Assembly: GCA_944336475.1 (NCBI GenBank)
Contig: CALVLD010000003.1
Location: 47,618-111,617 of the forward strand
Length of the DNA: 64,000 nt
Direction of reading: 5' to 3'
Origin: an uncultured Clostridia bacterium
GTDB lineage: Bacteria > Bacillota > Clostridia > Christensenellales > CAG-138
Every line of letters begins with the position of its first letter. Position 1 is the first letter of the stretch. Shown one piece after another: positions 57,404 to 64,000 of this stretch. A model generated the notes under the pieces. That model was not told where the DNA came from. It was given only the letters and a program-made list of their open reading frames with translations, and searched no databases. Both the position numbers and the translations under genes were made by a program.

Positions 57404-58270
57404 ATGCTTTACCTTAAGCGTTTCGGTCTGCCCACGGTCGACCATATGGAGCAGTACCTCAACTACATAAAGCTCACCTGTGTGAACAACGACTACCCCT
57501 ACCGGGTGTTTCTTGAAAGAGAGGTCGAGCCGTTTGAGTTTGAGCCCATCACCATGTTCTGCGGCGGCAACGGCAGCGGCAAGACAACGCTTTTGAATGT
57601 CATTGCACAGAGACTCGGTGCGGTCAGGGACTCGTCGTTCAACCGTTCGAGTATGTTTGACGATTATGTTGCGGCATGCAAACACGATATGTGCTTTGGA
57701 ACACGCCCCGACGAGATACGCATCATCACGAGCGACGATGTGTTTGACTTCATGCTCGATATGCGTGCATACAACGATGGCGTCGACAATGCCCGTGAGG
57801 AGCACATGGCGGAGTTCTTCCGCACCCGTCGCAGCAATGGCGGCTTTCGCCTTAACTCCATGGAGGACTACGAGGAGCTGAAAAGGCGCAACGATGCCCG
57901 CAGACTCACCATGTCCAGGTATGTAAAAATGCGCGTTCCGCCCAATGTAAAGAGTCGCTCAAACGGAGAGAGCGCATATGCCTTCTTCACCTCCAAGATA
58001 CTGGAAAACGGCCTCTATCTGCTTGACGAGCCGGAGAACAGCCTTTCTGCCGAGCTTCAGGCGGAGCTGCTGCAGTACCTTGAGGACGCCGTGCGATTCT
58101 TTGGCTGTCAGCTCATAATATCCACACATTCGCCCTTTCTGCTCTCCCTGAGAGGTGCAAGGATCTACAGTCTTGATACAGAGCCCATAAAAACAGTCCG
58201 CTGGCAGGACATACCTGCCGTGCGAACCTATTACGATTTTTTCAAGTCGAACAGCCGTCGATTCGAGTGA
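57404..58270 (+). CDS. AAA/ABC-type ATPase (COG3910-like)
   Basis: GGNGSGKTT, SNGES, YLLDEPENSLS, STHSPFLL. Confidence 0.85.
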   Translation: MLYLKRFGLPTVDHMEQYLNYIKLTCVNNDYPYRVFLEREVEPFEFEPITMFCGGNGSGKTTLLNVIAQRLGAVRDSSFNRSSMFDDYVAACKHDMCFGTRPDEIRIITSDDVFDFMLDMRAYNDGVDNAREEHMAEFFRTRRSNGGFRLNSMEDYEELKRRNDARRLTMSRYVKMRVPPNVKSRSNGESAYAFFTSKILENGLYLLDEPENSLSAELQAELLQYLEDAVRFFGCQLIISTHSPFLLSLRGARIYSLDTEPIKTVRWQDIPAVRTYYDFFKSNSRRFE

Positions 58271-59740
58271 TCAGCGCTCTGCATCCAGCTTGCTCAAGCC
58301 GAGTTTCAGCCTGCGCAGAGCCTCGTTCCTGCCAAGCAGCGCCGCTATCTCTATCGCACCGCCGGGGGTAACTGTGCGTCCGGACATGGCTATGCGTACC
58401 GGCCACAGCACCGTGCCGTTCTTCATGCCGGCGGCCTCGGCAAAGCCCAGAAGCGAATCATGCAGGGCGTTCTCTGTCCAATCCGGCAGTGCCTCGAGCA
58501 TAGGTATAACGGCATTCAGCACGCTTCTGCATACCTCGGGGTTGGTTCTGGACTTTTTGTTTGTAAAGAGCTCAACGGAATACCCCTCGTCAAGCCTGGC
58601 AAGAAAATCCACTATGCCTGCTATGTCGGAGAACACCTCCGTCCTCGGCTGGAGTATGCGTACAAACAGCTCCTTTGCCTCTGCAGTCTCCGCCATTGCA
58701 CCCACACCCGCCGTCTTGAGCTCGGGCAGGGCTCGCTCGATATAAGCCTCTGCATCCATACGACGGATATACTCCGCATTCATCCAACGAAGCTTGTTAT
58801 GGTCGAATATGGCGGGGGATTTGGACAGCCCCTCAAGGGAGAATGCCTGTATCAGCTCGTTCATGGTAAAGAACTCCCTTTCATCGCCGGGGCTCCATCC
58901 CACAAGGGCAAGATAGTTGATTATTGCCTCGGGCAGATAGCCGAGCTTTATGAGATCCTCAAATGTGGCGTCGCCATCACGCTTGGAGAGCTTGTGCGTG
59001 GCGTCGCGCATTATGGTGGTAAGGTGGACGTATGTGGGCTTTTCCCAGCCAAAAGCGTCGTAGAGCAGGTTGTACTTGGGTGTGGAGGAGAGATACTCCA
59101 TGCCCCTTAACACATGGGTTATGGCCATGGTATGATCGTCTATCACGTTTGCAAAATTGTAGGTGGGCATGCCGTCGGCCTTTATGAGTATCATGTCGTC
59201 CAGCTCGGAGCAGCTGACTGAGATATGCCCGAATATGGCATCGTCAAAGCTCGCCTCACCATCGGCGGGCACATTCTGTCGGATGACATAGGGCCGGCCC
59301 TCCGCAATACGGCGCTCGACCTCCTCACGAGACATATTGAGGCAGTGCTTGTCATACTTGAATGCGCCCCCTTCCGCCTCAACGGCAGCTCTGCGCTCGT
59401 CAAGCTCCTCCTTGGTGCAGAAGCAGTAATAGGCGTGGCCGCTCCTGACAAGCTGTTCCGCATAGGGCAGATACATATTCTTGCGGCAGCTCTGCACATA
59501 CGGGCCGTACTCGCCGCCGACATCGGGCCCCTCGTCCCAATCCATGCCTGCGGTCTTGAGGGTGCGATAGACCGTCTCCTCGGCGCCTTCCACAAGACGA
59601 GCCTGATCCGTGTCCTCTATGCGAAGTATGAAACTCCCGCCGTTCTTCCTCGCCCACAGCCAAGCATAGAGGGCCGTGCGCAGATTGCCAACATGCATGA
59701 ACCCCGTTGGGCTCGGTGCAAAGCGTGTCCTGACATTCAT
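58271..59740 (-). CDS. gltX: Glutamate-tRNA ligase
   Basis: RFAPSPTG, HVGN, KLSKR. Confidence 0.97.
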   Translation of the reverse strand: MNVRTRFAPSPTGFMHVGNLRTALYAWLWARKNGGSFILRIEDTDQARLVEGAEETVYRTLKTAGMDWDEGPDVGGEYGPYVQSCRKNMYLPYAEQLVRSGHAYYCFCTKEELDERRAAVEAEGGAFKYDKHCLNMSREEVERRIAEGRPYVIRQNVPADGEASFDDAIFGHISVSCSELDDMILIKADGMPTYNFANVIDDHTMAITHVLRGMEYLSSTPKYNLLYDAFGWEKPTYVHLTTIMRDATHKLSKRDGDATFEDLIKLGYLPEAIINYLALVGWSPGDEREFFTMNELIQAFSLEGLSKSPAIFDHNKLRWMNAEYIRRMDAEAYIERALPELKTAGVGAMAETAEAKELFVRILQPRTEVFSDIAGIVDFLARLDEGYSVELFTNKKSRTNPEVCRSVLNAVIPMLEALPDWTENALHDSLLGFAEAAGMKNGTVLWPVRIAMSGRTVTPGGAIEIAALLGRNEALRRLKLGLSKLDAER

Positions 59741-59751
59741 ATGAAAACTCC

Positions 59752-60954
59752 TTAAAAGCTGAACTTCAGTGAGATAATGGTGTACCCGAAGGGACTTTCG
59801 GCATTAGGCGCAAGCTCTATCGCCGCATGGCAGATGTATGTCGTGTAGGCATAGCCCGCATTTCCGAATATTACATCGCCCCATACACAGAGGCCATCCT
59901 CCGTCCGCTCCATGGCGGTCACGTCTATTCCGTACGCATAGGGCTGGTTTTCAGTCGATACGCTGTACACGCTATCCGAGAGCGTGATGTCGTGGGCGTC
60001 GGCGTCTATTCCGGGGAAATCCGTGCCGAAGCATTCCCGGTAGAGCGACTCAAACTCCTCCGCAGGCACGGATATGCGCCCTGCCGCCGGCATGAGGCCC
60101 ATGTCGAGCACGAGGTCTCCCATGAATGCGGTTGCGACATATTCGGAGGGAGCGCCATCGAACTCCTCCTCACGCACTATCGCCGCCGATACGATATGAC
60201 CCAGGCTCCTGTTGAGCAAACGGTAGCCATCCTCATTCAGTATGCCATCTATGCAGTCGGGGCAGAATGCCGACGAGGGTATCTCCACCGCAAGCTCTCC
60301 CAGCTCATAGGGGGCAAACCGCCCCTCCGGCAGGAAAACTATGCAGCCCGTTTCGGTGAGCCTTGCGCCGTTGCGGATATCTACCTCCGCAAGTATGGCG
60401 TTTATATCGGCGTCGGGATACTGCTCCGATATCGCCTGCGCCGCCTGCTCATGGGCATGGTAGGATTCATACACCTCGCAGAGGCTGACCTCGAGCCCGG
60501 TTTCGTCCAGTATGAGCACGAATGTCTCCACCGTGGGCTGCGCCTCATAGCAGTGTGTCTCCGTAAACACCACATTGGTGTACGTCCCGACGCGGCTGAC
60601 CTCGCATGCTACCTCTGTCGACGGAGGCGTTGCCACGGCGGCCTCCATATAGATGTTTTCCACACGCTCAAACAGATCGTCCAAATAGCCCTGCACGGCA
60701 TTGTTCATGTTGTATCCTGCTGTGAATGCCCGTGAGAACTCCGGCAGCTCGACCACTGCGGCATAGTCGCAGTCCTCATACCCTGCCGCCTCCGGCCAGT
60801 ACTGTATGTGGTGCGCAAGCGTATACTCCACCTCCGGCACGGGGGTCGGCGAGGGCAGGGGCGTGCTGTCGACGTCGACCCTCGGCTTCGGCGCACACCC
60901 CGTAAGCAGCAGCGCTGCGCAGCAGACGGCGATAGCCGTTTTGCGAATGTTCAT
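59752..60954 (-). CDS. Hypothetical lipoprotein
   Basis: LLLTGC lipobox, acidic 400 aa ORF, RBS AAGGAG. Confidence 0.75.
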   Translation of the reverse strand: MNIRKTAIAVCCAALLLTGCAPKPRVDVDSTPLPSPTPVPEVEYTLAHHIQYWPEAAGYEDCDYAAVVELPEFSRAFTAGYNMNNAVQGYLDDLFERVENIYMEAAVATPPSTEVACEVSRVGTYTNVVFTETHCYEAQPTVETFVLILDETGLEVSLCEVYESYHAHEQAAQAISEQYPDADINAILAEVDIRNGARLTETGCIVFLPEGRFAPYELGELAVEIPSSAFCPDCIDGILNEDGYRLLNRSLGHIVSAAIVREEEFDGAPSEYVATAFMGDLVLDMGLMPAAGRISVPAEEFESLYRECFGTDFPGIDADAHDITLSDSVYSVSTENQPYAYGIDVTAMERTEDGLCVWGDVIFGNAGYAYTTYICHAAIELAPNAESPFGYTIISLKFSF

Positions 60955-61104
60955 CGTATCTCCTTAATGCCGCAGGGCGGCTTTCATCTCATACGGTCAA
61001 TTATACACAAACTTCGGCTTCTGCACAAGAGGATCGCATGGGGTTTAATTTTCGTTTGGCCTGTGATATAATTATAGTCAGGTATGCAAAGGAGGTAATT
61101 TGTG

Positions 61105-61983
61105 ATGAATATAAAGCTAAAGCGTATCGCCCTGCTGCTTGCCGCACTCGCGGCAATACTTGCGCTTGCCGCATGTGGTCAAAAGGAGCCTCAGCCCGTT
61201 GATCCGACGGAGCCGCCTCCCACATACACGCTTGAGAACGAGATCGTCATCGACAACGAGGACTTCGGCTTCACGGTCAAGCGCTTCACGGTCGACGGCA
61301 TGTACGGAGTGTCCGCAATAGCGGACTGCGTGAACAAGACCGACGAGGATGTTGCGTTCATATGGGAGTATGTATCCGTCAACGGCATAATGTACGACGC
61401 TGTGCTCAACGAGACAGTCGCCGCAGGTTCTTCGGCTGAGGTAGAGATAAAGTTCCATGACGATCGCTTCGACACATACGGCATTCGTATGGTAGACGAG
61501 CTGACCTTCACGCTCGTTATCTGTGAGGACAGAACATACAAGGAGCTTTACGAGGAGCAGTTCACCCTCTACCCCACGGGGCTTGATGCGGTCGAGCCCA
61601 CCGTGCGTGAGGCGCTTGAGACCGACGCCGTCATAGTGGAAAACGAAGACCTCAGCTTTGTGATAATCGGCGTGGATGAGGACAACAATGCAGGATATGT
61701 GATAAACTGCTATGCTGCGAACCACACGGATACCTCTCTGCGACTTGAGTGGAAGGACATCACCGTGGACGGCTCCGCACTCTCCGGCACGACGTCGTTC
61801 ATCAAAATCGCTCCTGACAAGGTCGCCTACTGGACGCTTACGCTCCCCTCGGGCGAGCTGACGGATCTCACTGTTGAGAAGATAGGCTTCCGCCTTATCG
61901 CATCCGATGCCGCCGTCTGGGGCGGCGAGCACATCTACGACGCAGAGCATGAATATCTGACGCCGCAGTCCGAGGGCGAATAG
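61105..61983 (+). CDS. Hypothetical lipoprotein with two internal beta-rich repeats
   Basis: LAAC lipobox; duplicated 'VI.DNEDF.F.....N(K/H)TD..V.F.W..VSVNG' module; RBS AAGGAGG. Confidence 0.78.
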   Translation: MNIKLKRIALLLAALAAILALAACGQKEPQPVDPTEPPPTYTLENEIVIDNEDFGFTVKRFTVDGMYGVSAIADCVNKTDEDVAFIWEYVSVNGIMYDAVLNETVAAGSSAEVEIKFHDDRFDTYGIRMVDELTFTLVICEDRTYKELYEEQFTLYPTGLDAVEPTVREALETDAVIVENEDLSFVIIGVDEDNNAGYVINCYAANHTDTSLRLEWKDITVDGSALSGTTSFIKIAPDKVAYWTLTLPSGELTDLTVEKIGFRLIASDAAVWGGEHIYDAEHEYLTPQSEGE

Positions 61984-62462
61984 CAGAACGGTCTCTCCGG
62001 GTCAAGGCGAGCGTCTGTAAGACGGTTTTGCATCCGTGCCGTTTGGTGCGGATGCTTTTTATTGGTCTTTGGGGTATGTGTACTGCATTTACGTCTCCAA
62101 CCTCAGGATTTTTAATACTGATACATCGTGGCGCATCTGTCAAACCCGGCCGAATGACCCGCAATGCTGCGGCCGCGCATTTTTTCATGTTCTTCCGTTG
62201 CTTGCTTGTCAAAACTTGCGGCGGCAATTTCACGGCGAATAGACGCATGAGCAGCGCACGGGGGAGCACGGCCGTATTGCCGCAAGGAAGTGACGAAATA
62301 TTATTTGACCGCCGGTTCTCCTGCCGGCAGGGAATGGAGCTCCGCAGGAATATCGCTGGCAGGGGGAAATCCTTGCAAGAAACAAATCGCCGCAAGGACA
62401 TATGGTATGGGATACGACAAATACGACCCCTCTTCGGAGTTGTGGGCGGCGGTGTTATTCGA

Positions 62463-62963
62463 TCAGCGCTGATATCGATTCCGCCGCTCTTCTATGTAGG
62501 CGTCTGCCTCGTCACGGCACTTAAATATTATCACATCCCCAGCGTACTCCTCCAGCATTCGGTATATGGTCGGAAGCTGTACGCTTGGAAAATCCAGTAT
62601 GTATTGACGGAACTCCGGTTCAAACTCCTCCTCCGTCCAAGGCATATCTTCACGCTTGATTCCGATTCGCCCTTCAACACTGCGAATACACAGCTCCGCA
62701 GGATAGTCCAACAGGAACACGGTATCGCAGTGACGGAGCCGTATGTCCAGCGTTCTTGAATAGTTGCCGTCGATTATCCACTCAGGCAGGTCAATTATTG
62801 AGGCAAGTGCCGCATCGAACTCCTCCCGTGTATGACAGCTCCTGTCGGATTTGTGCCACAGCATATCGAGGTGGTACAGCGGCAGACCCGTCGCCACATG
62901 GAGCCGCCGTGCGAATGTGCTCTTGCCCGCGCCCGGGCAGCCTGTCACTATCACTTTTTTCAT
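62463..62963 (-). CDS. Adenylate-kinase-like P-loop protein (FlaR/topology modulation family)
   Basis: GCPGAGKST, LYHLD.LW, WIIDGNY. Confidence 0.85.
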   Translation of the reverse strand: MKKVIVTGCPGAGKSTFARRLHVATGLPLYHLDMLWHKSDRSCHTREEFDAALASIIDLPEWIIDGNYSRTLDIRLRHCDTVFLLDYPAELCIRSVEGRIGIKREDMPWTEEEFEPEFRQYILDFPSVQLPTIYRMLEEYAGDVIIFKCRDEADAYIEERRNRYQR

Positions 62964-63033
62964 GCGGCAGATCCCTTTCGCAGCAGAAAGCCGAATGTGA
63001 AAAATAGCACCTGCTCCCGCAAGTGCTATCGCA

Positions 63034-63109
63034 TGGTACACCCTCAGGGGCTCGAACCCTGGACACCCTGATTAAGAGTCAGGTGCTCTACCAACTGAGC
63101 TAAGGGTGC
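63034..63109 (-). tRNA. tRNA-Lys (CTT)
   Basis: GCACCCTTAGCTCAGTTGGTAGAGCACCTGACTCTTAATCAGG...GGTTCGAG...GGGTGTACCA. Confidence 0.96.
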
Positions 63110-63237
63110 ATACAGTCGGTCTGAACCAACCGCACGAATCATTATACACGGAACGGGCATAAATGCAAGGGTCGCACAAAAATATATTTGATTTTTGGTT
63201 GCGGCGAATACTCACACCCACGCCCGTTGTTACCGGG

Positions 63238-64000
63238 TTATTCAACGCCGCCTATGCGAGGGTAATACTTGTAGCGAGTGGACAGAACGAGGTCGTCCGG
63301 ATTATCAAGCGCCATGCGCAGCAGGCCGTAGCGTGTGAGCACTCGCCTGTGCCCATAGAGCACCCTGCAAACATAGCCCTGCTCAAACTCGAACACGCTG
63401 CCTCGAAACTCCGGCATTTGTTCGTATAATCCCTGAATAAAGCCGTACGGCAGAGCTATCTCTACAACATAGTTGTGGTTGTAGTGATAATACTCATCGT
63501 TTACCAGATAGACCTCATACTTGCCGTCGGCATTCGGATTCTCGTTTGCCACCATACAGTACAGGAGCGACTCCAGGCCATCGGGATAACCCTCAGCCGT
63601 GGGGGTCGTTGCGAGGCCGCTGAACCAAAATCTGCCGTCCTGGGCAAGCTCAAATATCTCTGCCTTGGTGAAGTCCGCCGTATAGGAGCACATATACTTG
63701 TCCACAGCCATGTTGGAAGTAAGATTCCCGAGCTCCATTGCACGGACGTCCTCATCCATCTCTGCGCACATCGCCTCGCCGAGCTGGGTACGGCTGTAAT
63801 AGAGATTTATAAGCGACTCGTTGCTCAGCTTGTAGGAGGATGGGACTATCTCTATCAGGTTGCCGTTCTTATAACGGAAGAGGCTGTGCTCATAGTCGTA
63901 GCGGAGTTGCTTTGCCTCCTCTGCGGTGTATGCGGTGGGATCCTCCAGATACTCCTGCATGAGCATCTCGGCGCTCACTATCTCCGCAAGCCAGTATATG
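63238..64000 (-). CDS. Hypothetical protein (5' end beyond right edge)
   Basis: Frame is open to the window edge; acidic/Tyr-rich; no family recognised. Confidence 0.6.
   Translation of the reverse strand, partial: IYWLAEIVSAEMLMQEYLEDPTAYTAEEAKQLRYDYEHSLFRYKNGNLIEIVPSSYKLSNESLINLYYSRTQLGEAMCAEMDEDVRAMELGNLTSNMAVDKYMCSYTADFTKAEIFELAQDGRFWFSGLATTPTAEGYPDGLESLLYCMVANENPNADGKYEVYLVNDEYYHYNHNYVVEIALPYGFIQGLYEQMPEFRGSVFEFEQGYVCRVLYGHRRVLTRYGLLRMALDNPDDLVLSTRYKYYPRIGGVE

Noticed and set aside
62028-62759. 243-aa plus-strand ORF
   Set aside because: Atypical composition, no RBS, and it overlaps the convergent kinase gene by about 300 nt.

Overview
Core chromosomal segment of a fairly GC-rich, spore-forming member of class Clostridia. 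Taxonomy is inferred from gene content, T-box/FMN/SAM-I leaders and sigma-F/G-type promoters. The left end carries a SipW signal peptidase with three TasA/camelysin-like substrates. Housekeeping genes follow: ctfAB-thiolase, prs, rarA, pheST, thyX, rnpB, trmK, metK, polA, RR-HK-HtrA, mutS2-U32-zapA, clpB, gltX and two tRNAs. The most striking unexplained signal is three dispersed copies of an ECF-sigma-like promoter, GGGAACCTTT-N8-TGCTGCGTT(T/A)TA, at 16721, 18889 and 35764 (minus strand). None of them precedes a gene. Each fronts a 100-210 nt structured, terminator-ended segment exposing a C/U-rich anti-Shine-Dalgarno sequence, which suggests a sibling sRNA regulon. Also present: a raiA-motif RNA ahead of a zinc-ribbon gene, two clusters of REP/REPIN-like palindromes, a decayed NCS2 purine permease, and a 22-bp tandem duplication that frameshifts but apparently rescues an ArgRS-like mini-protein. 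All calls are by eye from the sequence and the ORF track; no database searches were run.
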